Position numbers and translations under genes: made by a program
From: an uncultured Spirochaetota bacterium
GTDB taxonomy: Bacteria; Spirochaetota; Spirochaetia; JAFGXN01
Assembly (NCBI GenBank): GCA_944388995.1
Contig: CALXKN010000004.1
Coordinates: 6,394-70,393, forward strand
Direction of reading: 5' to 3'
Length of the DNA: 64,000 bases
Shown here: one piece after another, positions 46,112-56,005 of the stretch
Layout: each line of letters opens with the position of its first letter
How positions within the stretch are numbered: position 1 is the stretch's first letter
The notes under the pieces: generated by a model
What the model was told of the DNA's origin: nothing
Seen by the model: only the letters and a program-made list of their open reading frames with translations
Databases searched by the model: none

Positions 46112-49100
46112 ATGAAGGAATTTCGTTCGTTTTTGTTTTCGAAAATCAGGAGCTATCCGCCTTACGATGCGCTTCTTTCCGCATTTGCTTACGAAAAATA
46201 TCCGATTCACGTTGACGGATTAAAAGGCTCTTTGATTCCTCTTATATTATCGGAATTATTTTCTATAGGTAAAGCCTCTTTTTTGATAATTCTGCCTTAC
46301 GAAAAAGAGGCTGCTCAGGCCGCCGCCGATTTGCGGGATGCGGGTGTTCCTGCATTTTATTTTCCCGATTCGGGTCATCTGCCGTATTCGGAGAGCCGCC
46401 GCAGTTCGCCGGCAGAGGGTGAACGTTTTGCGCTGCTGCAGCGGTTGGCGTCGGCGCAAAAGTGTATTGTGACCGTATCGCTTCGTTCTTTTTTACAGCC
46501 TGTGACGCCTCCGTCGGTTTTGTCGGCGATGAAGATGACGGTGAAAGTCGGCGGCAGCCTTGATACGCAGGCGCTCGAACGGTTTCTCTCCGACGGCGGT
46601 TACACGCGTACGGTGAGGGTTTCAGCGGCGGGTGAGTTTGCCGTTCGCGGCGAGGTGGTTGATGTATTTCCGCCGGGGCAGAAGGCAGCGGTGCGCATCG
46701 TTGCCGAGTGGGACGTTATCGAGAAAATCCGCCGCTTCGATCCGCTTTCCCAGGAGAGCATTGAAGAAATTTCCGAGGCGGATCTTTATCCGGCTGTCGA
46801 ATGGATTTGGAGCGATGAGCGAATCGACGGATTGGCCTCATTTCTCTCCAAAAAGAGTTATTTGCGGGGGAAATGCGACTTGTTTCTCTCTGATTTGAGG
46901 GAGAAGCGCAGCTGTGCGGCGGAAGAGCAGCTTTACCCGTTGTCGTTTGGGAAACGCGCGTTTTTGAGCGACTATTTAAAGGACAAAGATGCGGCGGTTT
47001 TTGTCAATCCCGAACGGTTCGGGGCGTTGGCGGAAGGTGCGTTTAAAGAACTGAAGGGGCTTTACGCGCGGGCGCGGACTGCCGGTATGGTTGTACCAAC
47101 TCCTGAGGAGTTTTTACAGACTTACGAAGAGGCGGCTGCGCGCTGCAGCAAAACGATTTCGGTTGACTTTATTCCGCAGACAGCGAACCGCGACCGCATT
47201 TCGTTTGACGCCGGCGATTCCCACTCTTACTTCGGTAATATTGCTTATCTGAAGGAAGAGCTCCAAACGCGGGCGGCCGCCGGTTACCGCGTGTTTATTT
47301 TTGCCGGAAATGCGGCGCAAGGCGAACGGCTGCGTTATCTGCTGCGGGACACCGGAGTCGAAGTTTCGGACGGACGGCTGTCGGAAGGTTTTGTGATTCC
47401 GCCGCTGAAGATCCTCTGCATTGCCGAGCACGAAATCTTTGGACGGAAGCGGCGTAAGGTCTCCGTTGTTCGCAACATTCAGACGAAGGTCATCGACAGC
47501 TTTCTCGATTTAAACGAGGGCGATTACGTGGTTCACGTTAACCACGGCGTCGCCGTTTACCGCGGCATTGAGCGGGTTGTTTCGGGTGAGCGGGAACGAG
47601 ACTACATTAAACTTGAGTACGCTCAAAATGAAATTCTCTTCATCCCGACTGAGCAGGTGAACCTCGTTCAGCGTTACCTCGGCGGTGAAGGCAAAACCCC
47701 GTCGCTTGATGTTCTCGGCGGTAAAAGCTGGCAGCACAAAAAGGAGCACGCCCGTAAAAGTGTTGAAGATTTGGCGGACATGCTTTTGGATATTTATTCC
47801 GAACGGGAACAGGCGCGCGGTTACCGTTTCTCTCCGGATACGGAGTGGCAGTCGGATTTCGAAGCGCGTTTTCCTTATGAAGAGACCGAAGATCAGCTGC
47901 GTTCCGTTGCCGAAATTAAGGCTGATATGGAATCAGACAAACCGATGGATCGGCTCTTGTGCGGCGATACCGGCTACGGAAAAACAGAAGTGGCGATGCG
48001 GGCGGCGTTTAAGGCGGCTGTTGACGGCAAGCAGACGGCTCTCATCGCTCCGACGACGATTCTTGCGGGACAACACTACGAAAATTTCGTCAAACGGTTT
48101 GAAGGCTTTCCCGTCCGCATCGAACTGCTTTCCCGCTTTGTCAAAGGAATAAAACAGAAGGAAGTACTGAAGGCGGTCGCCGCCGGCGAGGTTGATATTC
48201 TTATCGGCACCCACCGGTTATTGCAAAAGGATGTCGTTTTTAAAGATCTCGGTTTGCTCATTGTTGATGAAGAGCACCGTTTCGGCGTAAAGGACAAAGA
48301 GCGGCTGAAAACTCTTAAAGCCAACGTCGACGCTTTGGCAATGTCGGCTACACCGATTCCCCGCACTCTCCATATGTCGCTGCTGAAAATTCGTGATATT
48401 TCTCTTATCACAACCTCTCCTTACAACCGCAAGCCGATTGAAACCGTCGTCTGCGCCTTTGACGAGCGGCTGATTCGCAACGCCGTCATGAAAGAGGTCG
48501 AACGGGGCGGGCAGGTCTTTTATCTGCACAACCGCATTGAGAGTCTCGAATCGGTTCGGCTTTTTCTGGAAAAGATTCTCCCCGAAGTGATGATTGAAAC
48601 CGCACACGGCCGCATGAGCGCCGAAGAGCTTGACGAAAAGATGCACCGCTTCATCAATAACAACTTTCAAGTACTGCTCTCTACAACCATTATCGAAAGC
48701 GGCATCGACATTCCCAATGTCAACACCATTATCATCGACCGCGCCGATATGTACGGTATCAGTCAGCTTTACCAGCTTAAAGGGCGTGTCGGCCGCAGCG
48801 ACCGCAGCTCTTACGCATGGCTCTTCTATCCGAAGGAACAACCGCTTTCGGAAGCGGCTGTCAAACGTCTGCAGGTTATTTCCGATTTTGGAGAACTGGG
48901 TTCGGGGTTCCGCATTGCGATGAAAGATATGGAGATTCGCGGTGCCGGCAACCTTCTCGGACGCGAACAGCACGGGGAAATCGCTTCGGTCGGCTACGAA
49001 ATGTACCTCAAACTTCTTGATGACGTCATCGGCGAAAAACAGAATCGTCCCAAACAGGAAGAGGTGTGTCTTGACCTCGAATACTCCGGTTACATTCCCA

Positions 49101-49498
49101 ACGAGTACATCGCCGACAAAAGCGAGAAAATGGCGGTCTACAAACGCATCGCCTCTATTCGCAGCGAAGAAGATTACGATCTTGCGCAAGCCGAAATCGA
49201 CGACCGTTACGGTCCTCTGCCGCCTGCTGTCGCCTCCCTCTTTGCCGTTGCCCGCATCAAGCTGCTCGCCGAAAAACTCGGTATCGTTTCGATTCGCGAA
49301 CGAGGCGGTTTTGCGGACATTGTCTTCGGTAAAATCAGCCTTCTCGACCCCGGCAAAACCGTCCGTCTGATCGCCGAAAATCCGGACTCCGTCATCTACC
49401 GGCCCGAACGCCCTGATACTCTGCGCATCAAAACCGGCACTCTCGAACTGGTTCAAAAGAGCGCTTACCTCGGCGAACGGCTGCAGAACTTACTGTAA
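46112..49498 (+). CDS. mfd: transcription-repair coupling factor
   Basis: Superfamily-2 helicase motifs GDTGYGKTEVAMRAAF (Walker A), DEEHRFG, TRG-motif region; 1128 aa. Confidence 0.9.
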   Translation: MKEFRSFLFSKIRSYPPYDALLSAFAYEKYPIHVDGLKGSLIPLILSELFSIGKASFLIILPYEKEAAQAAADLRDAGVPAFYFPDSGHLPYSESRRSSPAEGERFALLQRLASAQKCIVTVSLRSFLQPVTPPSVLSAMKMTVKVGGSLDTQALERFLSDGGYTRTVRVSAAGEFAVRGEVVDVFPPGQKAAVRIVAEWDVIEKIRRFDPLSQESIEEISEADLYPAVEWIWSDERIDGLASFLSKKSYLRGKCDLFLSDLREKRSCAAEEQLYPLSFGKRAFLSDYLKDKDAAVFVNPERFGALAEGAFKELKGLYARARTAGMVVPTPEEFLQTYEEAAARCSKTISVDFIPQTANRDRISFDAGDSHSYFGNIAYLKEELQTRAAAGYRVFIFAGNAAQGERLRYLLRDTGVEVSDGRLSEGFVIPPLKILCIAEHEIFGRKRRKVSVVRNIQTKVIDSFLDLNEGDYVVHVNHGVAVYRGIERVVSGERERDYIKLEYAQNEILFIPTEQVNLVQRYLGGEGKTPSLDVLGGKSWQHKKEHARKSVEDLADMLLDIYSEREQARGYRFSPDTEWQSDFEARFPYEETEDQLRSVAEIKADMESDKPMDRLLCGDTGYGKTEVAMRAAFKAAVDGKQTALIAPTTILAGQHYENFVKRFEGFPVRIELLSRFVKGIKQKEVLKAVAAGEVDILIGTHRLLQKDVVFKDLGLLIVDEEHRFGVKDKERLKTLKANVDALAMSATPIPRTLHMSLLKIRDISLITTSPYNRKPIETVVCAFDERLIRNAVMKEVERGGQVFYLHNRIESLESVRLFLEKILPEVMIETAHGRMSAEELDEKMHRFINNNFQVLLSTTIIESGIDIPNVNTIIIDRADMYGISQLYQLKGRVGRSDRSSYAWLFYPKEQPLSEAAVKRLQVISDFGELGSGFRIAMKDMEIRGAGNLLGREQHGEIASVGYEMYLKLLDDVIGEKQNRPKQEEVCLDLEYSGYIPNEYIADKSEKMAVYKRIASIRSEEDYDLAQAEIDDRYGPLPPAVASLFAVARIKLLAEKLGIVSIRERGGFADIVFGKISLLDPGKTVRLIAENPDSVIYRPERPDTLRIKTGTLELVQKSAYLGERLQNLL

Positions 49499-49504
49499 AA
49501 TTTT

Positions 49505-49660
49505 TTTTGGGGCGTCCCGGCTTCGCCGTCGGCGCCCTTCGGACTCGGTCTGCCCGCCGATCGGCGGGCAGACGGCCTTACGGCCCCCTCCGGGCGCCTG
49601 ACGCCTTCGGCAGGGCTGCGCCTCCCTGCGCGGTTATTTTAGAAAAACAAATTCAGTTTT
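49505..49660 (+). repeat. GC-rich cluster of perfect stem-loops downstream of mfd (probable terminator / REP-like element)
   Basis: 11-bp perfect stem gtctgcccgcc-GATC-ggcgggcagac at 49548-49573 plus further short GC hairpins; T-rich ttattttag follows at about 49648. Confidence 0.4.
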
Positions 49661-49903
49661 GGCTAATCCAAAAGACCCCCATTAATATTAATGCCGTTTT
49701 TTTCCTTTTTCAGCGGAGCGCCTGCGGAACTCCGGCGCGAGGGATTGAAGCGGAAATGAGCGGCCGACGGAAAGAAGGCGCAGGGCAAAGCGGCAGCTTT
49801 GCCGCGGACGCCGGTAAGGGAGGCCGCGAATTGCAGCGGAAAGCCCGGTGCGCGCCGCAAGCGGCGCGCACGCGCCCGGAAGATAGAGGGAAAAAGGCTG
49901 TGC

Positions 49904-49932
49904 TTGCGCTTTCGGGTGGTTTGGGCTATAAT
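49904..49932 (+). promoter_or_regulatory. sigma70-like promoter (TTGCGC-17-TATAAT) for Hcy-MT/MTHFR gene
   Basis: ttgcgc 49904-49909, 17-nt spacer, tataat 49927-49932, ATG at 49948 (short leader). Confidence 0.4.
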
Positions 49933-49947
49933 GTCGCAGGGGTGCTT

Positions 49948-51792
49948 ATGGATTTAGCGGCTGAGTTGAAGAATCGTGTGTTGATTTTTGACGGAGCGAT
50001 GGGAACGCTTCTTTATGATAAAGGATATTTTTTAAATGCGTGTTACGAGCAGCTGGCTTTGACGGCGCCTGCTGTGATTGAGTCGATTCACCGCGATTAT
50101 TTGAGGGCGGGCGCCGATGTGCTGACCACCGATACTTTCGGAGCCAATCCGCTGCGGTTGGCGGCGTTCGGTTTGGAGGATCGAACCGATGAGATCAATG
50201 AGGCGGCTGTGCGCGCGGCGCGGCGGGCGATTGAGGCTGAGGGAGCGCAGGCGTTTGTGGCCGGCGATATCGGGCCGTGTTCGTTTTTCAGACAGCGAGG
50301 TTCGGCAAAGAAGACGGTTTTGCGTGATGCGTTTCGTCGTCAGGCGGAGGCGCTGGCTCGAGCGGGGGCCGACTTTTTCCTTTTGGAGACCTTTACCCGT
50401 CTTTCGGAGCTGATGACAGCGGCGCAGGCAGCGTCCGAGTTCGGTTTGCCGGTAGCCGCTTCGTTTACGCCTCCCGGGAATACAGGCGCTGCCGACGAGG
50501 TTGACGGCGAGGGCGTGGCTGCTTTTGTTTCTCGTCTTGATAACGAGAAGTGTGTCCAGGCGATTGGGATGAATTGCGGCAGCGGGCCGGCAGCGCTCTT
50601 TTCGGCGGCCGAAATTGCGTTGAAGCATACCCGCAAACCGTTGATTGTGATGCCTAACGCGGGGCTGCCGCGGATGGTGGACGGGCGGCTGATGTATTTG
50701 ACGAATCCCGAATACTTTACCGAGTATGCCAAGCGCTACGCCTCTCTCGGCGTGCGGGGTATCGGCGGCTGCTGCGGGACGACTCCCGATCACATTCGGG
50801 AAGCGGCGGCGGCGCTGAAGCCTCTGCTTCGTACCCGCGTGACGGTGGAGGTGAGTGAAGCCGGAAAGGCGGTTGTTGAGCGGGAGCCGGTTCCGGCGGC
50901 CGAACGGTCTCGGTTGGCTGCCAAGATTTTTGCAGGAGAGAAGGTGACTTCCGTAGAGATGGTTTCTCCCGGAGGCGCTGATTTGACGCCGATGTTGGAA
51001 AAGGTCAAGCTTTGCAGTGAGGCGGGCGTCGATGCGGTCAACATTCCCGACGGACCGCGTGCCAATTCGCGCATATCTCCGATGATTGCGGCGGCGGAAA
51101 TCGAACGGCGTATCGGCATCGAAACGGTGCTCCACTACTGCTGCCGGGACCGTAATCTCATCGGAATTCAAGCCGATTTGTTGGGAGCGGCGGCTGTCGG
51201 GCTGCGCAATCTGCTGCTGATCACCGGAGATCCGCCGAAGCTGGGGAGCTATCCGCAGGCCACCGGTGTTTTTGACATCGATTCGGTCGGTTTGGTGCAG
51301 ACGGTTTCGCATTTAAACAGAGGTGTCGATCCGGCCGGCCGCGTTATCGAGCCGCCGACCGCGTTTTTTGCGGGAGTCGGGCTTAATCCGTGTGCCGTGA
51401 ATCTCGACGCCGAAAAGGAACACTTTCTTGAAAAGGTGAAGGCGGGCGCCGAGTTTTGCATTACTCAGCCGGTATTTGATCCCGAAGCGCTGCTTTCGAT
51501 TATCCGTTGGATGAAAGAGGCAGGCGCGGCGATTCCCGTTATCGCCGGGATTTGGCCGCTGACGGGGTATAAAAACGCCGAATTTATGAAGAACGAGGTG
51601 CCGGGGGTTGTTTTGCCTGACGAATTGTTGCTGAGGATGTCCAAAACCCGCACAAAGGAGGAGGGCCTCAAAGAAGGCGCCGACATTGCCCGCGAAATGA
51701 TAGCGGCTATTCGGGATGATGTAGCGGGAATTCAGGTGAGCGCTCCGTTCGGACGTATCGACATTGCCATCGATGTTTTGGAGGCGTTGTGA
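49948..51792 (+). CDS. bifunctional homocysteine S-methyltransferase / 5,10-methylenetetrahydrofolate reductase (YitJ-like)
   Basis: N-terminal Hcy-binding domain (IFDGAMGTLLYDKGY...DVLTTDTF; GMNCG...GGCCGTTPDHI zinc Cys ligands); C-terminal MetF-like domain. The ORF-track N-terminal extension back to 49507 is a GC-rich run, not coding. Confidence 0.75.
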   Translation: MDLAAELKNRVLIFDGAMGTLLYDKGYFLNACYEQLALTAPAVIESIHRDYLRAGADVLTTDTFGANPLRLAAFGLEDRTDEINEAAVRAARRAIEAEGAQAFVAGDIGPCSFFRQRGSAKKTVLRDAFRRQAEALARAGADFFLLETFTRLSELMTAAQAASEFGLPVAASFTPPGNTGAADEVDGEGVAAFVSRLDNEKCVQAIGMNCGSGPAALFSAAEIALKHTRKPLIVMPNAGLPRMVDGRLMYLTNPEYFTEYAKRYASLGVRGIGGCCGTTPDHIREAAAALKPLLRTRVTVEVSEAGKAVVEREPVPAAERSRLAAKIFAGEKVTSVEMVSPGGADLTPMLEKVKLCSEAGVDAVNIPDGPRANSRISPMIAAAEIERRIGIETVLHYCCRDRNLIGIQADLLGAAAVGLRNLLLITGDPPKLGSYPQATGVFDIDSVGLVQTVSHLNRGVDPAGRVIEPPTAFFAGVGLNPCAVNLDAEKEHFLEKVKAGAEFCITQPVFDPEALLSIIRWMKEAGAAIPVIAGIWPLTGYKNAEFMKNEVPGVVLPDELLLRMSKTRTKEEGLKEGADIAREMIAAIRDDVAGIQVSAPFGRIDIAIDVLEAL

Positions 51793-53114
51793 AGTATTAC
51801 GACGTCCACTGTCACCTCTTTACCCACGATATTCTCTCTCGAACCGGTTCGTCGATTCTCAGTTTTCTCAATCGTTTTTTGACAGATTCAAAGGAAGACA
51901 GCTGCACGGATACAGACGGTCGTCTTCGACGGATTTCCGGTTTCATTGATACTGCTTTGGCAGACGATGCACTGGAAACTTTTAAGGAGATGGAAAGCGT
52001 TTACGGAGCTCATTTTGCCGTTTGTCCGCTTTGCATGGATTTGAAATATAGTATGATCGACGCTCGTCCGGGAGATGATCATACTGCTGCTGAAACGGTG
52101 GCTGCCGTCGGCTCTTACGAACCGGACAACCGCGGTTCGTATTGGAGTTTTCGTCGGATTGTCAATTTCTTTTCCGGAAACCACTACAGCGCGCTGCCGA
52201 ATATGTTTGCCGACAGCTTTCTCACTCAAATTGAAGAGATGGAGCGGTTAAAAGCCCGTTATCCCGATCGCGTTTATCCGTTTTTTCCCGTTGATCCCCG
52301 GCGCAACCGCGATTGCGACCTGATGGCGCTGATCAAACAGAAAGTCGGTCCGGGAAAGCCGTTTGTCGGAATCAAACTTTACCCGGCGCTCGGATTTTCT
52401 GTTACCGATCCTTTTCTCTACGGCAGTGAAAAAGGGAGCGGCGGTCTTTACGCTTACTGCGAAAAATATTCGATTCCGATTGTCACCCACTCCGGTTTCC
52501 GCGGTTATGCGGCGTTGGCCAAGCGTATCGAAGTCTGCGGCGATATCTTTCACACCGAATCGGGACGTCCCGTTCCCGTGCGCGAAATCTATCCCGACGG
52601 TATCGTTTCCTTCCCGATCAAAGAGAAGATGAGCGAAATTACCATGCGCGGGTATTTGTTCAATCATCCCGTTTTATGGGAGAAGGTTCTCAATCGCTAT
52701 CCGAAGCTTTATATCAATTTCGCTCACTTCGGCGGAGATAAGTTCATTTACAAATACATTCATGAATCGTCGACTTCGGGTTATTACACCGCCGAAATCC
52801 TGCGGTTCATGGCTAAGTATCCGAACGTTTACACCGATTTGAGCTGTTTCGTCGATAACGGAAAAAAAGGGTACTCTTTAAGTGAAGTCAAAAAAGAGAT
52901 CTACGATAAGACCAAACTCTCCGTCCGGAAAAAATTCCTTTACGGTTCCGATTACTTCATTCTCAAATTTAAAGAGTGTTCGCTTCAGAATTACTATGCC
53001 CGCTTTCGTGAAGTTTTCGGTTCGGAAATGCGGAAAATTGCCTCTGTCAACACGGGAAGGTTTCTGCGCTACGGGATGAAGCCGAAGCGGATTTGGAGGA
53101 GGTGGTTGTGGTAA
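51789..53114 (+). CDS. amidohydrolase-2 (TIM-barrel metal-dependent hydrolase) family protein
   Basis: N-terminal MKYYDVHCHLF (HxH metal motif) and internal H/D residues; 441 aa; ATGA overlap with upstream gene. Confidence 0.45.
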   Translation: MKYYDVHCHLFTHDILSRTGSSILSFLNRFLTDSKEDSCTDTDGRLRRISGFIDTALADDALETFKEMESVYGAHFAVCPLCMDLKYSMIDARPGDDHTAAETVAAVGSYEPDNRGSYWSFRRIVNFFSGNHYSALPNMFADSFLTQIEEMERLKARYPDRVYPFFPVDPRRNRDCDLMALIKQKVGPGKPFVGIKLYPALGFSVTDPFLYGSEKGSGGLYAYCEKYSIPIVTHSGFRGYAALAKRIEVCGDIFHTESGRPVPVREIYPDGIVSFPIKEKMSEITMRGYLFNHPVLWEKVLNRYPKLYINFAHFGGDKFIYKYIHESSTSGYYTAEILRFMAKYPNVYTDLSCFVDNGKKGYSLSEVKKEIYDKTKLSVRKKFLYGSDYFILKFKECSLQNYYARFREVFGSEMRKIASVNTGRFLRYGMKPKRIWRRWLW

Positions 53115-56005
53115 ACGAAGGCGATGTTGTCGGCGGTTTTCGTATCGAATCGGTCAAGGATTTACCTGAGAAAAAAGGCGTCGGTATTTCGGCTCGCCAT
53201 GAACAGACCGGGTTGGAGGTGTTCCACTTTTTAACCGATGATCGGGAAAATTTTTTCGGCTTTGTCGTTTCCACGCCGCCGGAAGACGATTGCGGTATTC
53301 CGCACATTTTAGAGCATTCAATTCTTTCGGCTTCCCGCGATCTGCCGATGAAAGACGCATTTTTTTCAATGGAAAAGCGCAGCGCAGCGACTTTTATGAA
53401 TGCAATGACTTATCCCGATGCAACGGTTTTTCCCGCCGCCTCGGCGGTTCCCGAAGATTACTACAATCTTTTGGAGTATTACGGCGGCTGCGTTTTTTTT
53501 CCTTTGCTGAGAGAAGAGACGTTTAAAACCGAAGGCGTGCGTCCGGAAAGAAGCGGTTCCGGTGCGTTCGTCTTCAACGGTATTGTTTATAACGAAATGA
53601 AAGGCGTTTATTCGCAGTTCGATGCGGCCGTTGAGCGAAGCGTTGTTTCCTCGCTTTTTCCCGACTGCGCTTATCGTTTCGAATACGGCGGTGATCCGAA
53701 TGAAATTCCGTCGTTATCTTATGAGGCGTTTCTCGATTTTTACCGCCGCCGTTACGTTCCGCAGAATATCAAACTTTTCCTTTACGGTTCGCTGCCGACG
53801 GAAGAGCAGCTGGCGTTTTTGGATGAGAAAATTCTTTCCCGGGTGACGGTTTCGGGCGAGCGGGCGCCGCTGCCGAATCAAACGCGGTGGAAGCGGCCGC
53901 GTTCGTTTTCGGTTGAGGCGCCTCCCGGTGAAGAGGGCGCCGTTGTGGCATTCAGTTGGCTGTGGGATGAAGCCGTTTCTCCCGAAGCGTGTATCGAAGC
54001 TGAATTGCTTTCCGCCTGCCTTTGCGGTCATCAGGGAACGCCGCTTTATCGCAAACTCTCCGAATCCGGTTTAGGCAGTGATTTGTCTCCGTATATGGGC
54101 GGAGGCAGTGAGCTGCGTTATCTTTTTTTCACTTGCGGTTTGCGAGGTGTGAAAACCCGCCGCATCGATGCGGCGTTTGATTTTATCCGTTCGGCTGTCG
54201 ATGAAATCGCGCGGGAAGGAATTGCTTCCGATGTTGTCGACGGAGTGCTCGACTCTTATGAGTTTTCAATGAAGGAGATCAAAAGCGGCGTTCCGCTCGG
54301 TCTTCGTTACCTTGAGCGGATGATGTTTACGTGGATGAGAGGAGGAGATCCGTGTGAATGGTTTCAGATCGAAGGGGTGTTTCGGGAATTGCGCCGCCGT
54401 TTCTCCGATCCTTCGTTCATTAAATCGCGGCTGAAAACGCTTCTGACGGACAATTCTCACCGCGCGGACATTGTCGTCGCCTCTTCATCCGTTTACTTCG
54501 AAAGTTGGACCCGTGCTGCCGAAAAAGCTGCCGCTGATTTGATGAATACCCGCTTTTCCGATCCGGGGGCGGTTGAACGGGATGAGAAAGCGTTCAACGA
54601 GTACCGCAATGCGCCCGAAAATGAAGAGGCCCTTAACCGCTTTCCGCCGCTGACACGCCGAAACGTTCGAGCTCCGCTGCTGAAAATTCCGTACAGACGG
54701 GATGAAGTCGGCGGCTGTCCGATTCTGACGACGGAAACTGAGACCAACGGTATCGTTTATCTCGATTTGTACTTTCGGCTGGATCAGGCCGAGTCAGGCT
54801 TGCTGCCGTTTTTTAATCAATTTTCCAAACTTCTTTTGAGCGCCGGACAAAAACACAGAAGTTACGATGAAGCGGCTCGTGAAATGACAAAAGTTTTCGG
54901 TTCTTTTTCGTCATATATTGAAATCGGCAGCGAGCCGCGTTCGGATAAACCGCATCTGTTTCTGGTTATCCGCACCCGTTTTTTGGAGGAGAAGGCGGAG
55001 GTTGCCGTCGATTCATTGATTCGCGTGCTTTGCGAAACGGTTTTTACCGATCTTAAACGTATTCGAACGGTTTTAACCGAATCGAAAAACGATATGGCTG
55101 CCGATTTAACTCAAAACGGTTCATTATTTGCGGCTTCTTACGCTCGATCATTTCTTTCCGCCGAGGCTGCGGCCGGAGACCTTGTTGACGGCGTTCGTCA
55201 GTACCGCTTTCTGTCCGACGTTTTGAAAAGCCGTCGCCGCCTGCGCCGTTTTGCCGCCCGCATGACGGCGCTTTTACCCGAAATCTGTTCCCGTCGGCGG
55301 GTGATTTACGGTTTAGCCGGAAGCCGGCGCGCTATCGCTCAAACCGCAGCCGAGCTGACCCGACTGACCGATGCTCTTTCCGATGCGCTGCTGCCGGAGG
55401 TTTCTGTGTTTGACCTTGCCGTCTCACCGCCGCCGCAAGGAATTCAAGGGGCGGCGATTGCCTCCGACGTGGCGTTTAATGCATTTGTGCAAAAAACAGA
55501 TTCTTTTGATTTTCTTCGTCTGGCCCGCAGACGGCTTTTGACTGACTTAATGAAGAATCGTCTGCTTGACGAAGTGCGCGTTAAATCGGGGGCGTACGGA
55601 GCCGCTGCGTTTTTAAGCGGCCGTTTTCTGCAGATGACCTCTTACCGTGATCCTCGGGTTACCTCCACATTCGAGGCGTTTGAAAACACGCGAAAGACTT
55701 TCGCCGAAAATCCGCCGTCGTCAACCGAATTGGAGCACCACATTGTTCAATCGCTGGCGATCAACTTAAAGCCGGTTCGGCCGTCGGCTCGGCTTTCCCG
55801 CGTCATGCTGCAGGAGCTGCTGGTGATCGACGACGATTACCGAGAACGGCTCTTGGTCGAAACGGCGAATGTGACGCCCGAAGATGTGCTTGATGAAGCG
55901 AGGCGGCTGTATAACGCCGGATTTCCGCAAGTGAAAGCGTCGTTAGCGGGAAAAAGGATGCTGAAGGCGGTTAAAGCCCGGATTGACCGTTCTCTTTCGG
56001 TCTGA
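53093..56005 (+). CDS. M16C-type (PreP/pitrilysin-like) zinc metallopeptidase
   Basis: Inverted zinc motif HILEHSIL (HxxEH) in the first 100 aa, about 970 aa. Start uncertain (TTG 53093 / GTG 53102 / GTG 53108, RBS GGAGGAGG). Confidence 0.75.
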   Translation: MEEVVVVNEGDVVGGFRIESVKDLPEKKGVGISARHEQTGLEVFHFLTDDRENFFGFVVSTPPEDDCGIPHILEHSILSASRDLPMKDAFFSMEKRSAATFMNAMTYPDATVFPAASAVPEDYYNLLEYYGGCVFFPLLREETFKTEGVRPERSGSGAFVFNGIVYNEMKGVYSQFDAAVERSVVSSLFPDCAYRFEYGGDPNEIPSLSYEAFLDFYRRRYVPQNIKLFLYGSLPTEEQLAFLDEKILSRVTVSGERAPLPNQTRWKRPRSFSVEAPPGEEGAVVAFSWLWDEAVSPEACIEAELLSACLCGHQGTPLYRKLSESGLGSDLSPYMGGGSELRYLFFTCGLRGVKTRRIDAAFDFIRSAVDEIAREGIASDVVDGVLDSYEFSMKEIKSGVPLGLRYLERMMFTWMRGGDPCEWFQIEGVFRELRRRFSDPSFIKSRLKTLLTDNSHRADIVVASSSVYFESWTRAAEKAAADLMNTRFSDPGAVERDEKAFNEYRNAPENEEALNRFPPLTRRNVRAPLLKIPYRRDEVGGCPILTTETETNGIVYLDLYFRLDQAESGLLPFFNQFSKLLLSAGQKHRSYDEAAREMTKVFGSFSSYIEIGSEPRSDKPHLFLVIRTRFLEEKAEVAVDSLIRVLCETVFTDLKRIRTVLTESKNDMAADLTQNGSLFAASYARSFLSAEAAAGDLVDGVRQYRFLSDVLKSRRRLRRFAARMTALLPEICSRRRVIYGLAGSRRAIAQTAAELTRLTDALSDALLPEVSVFDLAVSPPPQGIQGAAIASDVAFNAFVQKTDSFDFLRLARRRLLTDLMKNRLLDEVRVKSGAYGAAAFLSGRFLQMTSYRDPRVTSTFEAFENTRKTFAENPPSSTELEHHIVQSLAINLKPVRPSARLSRVMLQELLVIDDDYRERLLVETANVTPEDVLDEARRLYNAGFPQVKASLAGKRMLKAVKARIDRSLSV

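Noticed and set aside
48218-49456. 412-aa ORF antisense to mfd
   Set aside because: The sense strand encodes full-length Mfd with all helicase motifs; the antisense is compositionally biased.
49690-49900. Canonical SAM-I (S-box) or cobalamin riboswitch upstream of the YitJ-like gene
   Set aside because: I looked for GCAACC, the GGUGC..AA..UCC kink-turn/pseudoknot elements and a B12 box and did not find them. A regulatory-RNA role is kept only as a generic structured-RNA hypothesis.
49507-49947. N-terminal 147-aa extension of the Hcy-MT/MTHFR ORF
   Set aside because: The translation is Arg/Ala/Gly-rich (MGRPGFAVGALRTRSARRSAGRR...). The region is made of GC hairpins and a sigma70-like promoter sits just before ATG 49948.
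50032-51312. 426-aa ORF antisense to the Hcy-MT/MTHFR gene; also 49663..49860
   Set aside because: Arg/Pro/Gly-rich shadow ORFs produced by high GC3 of the sense gene; no motifs.
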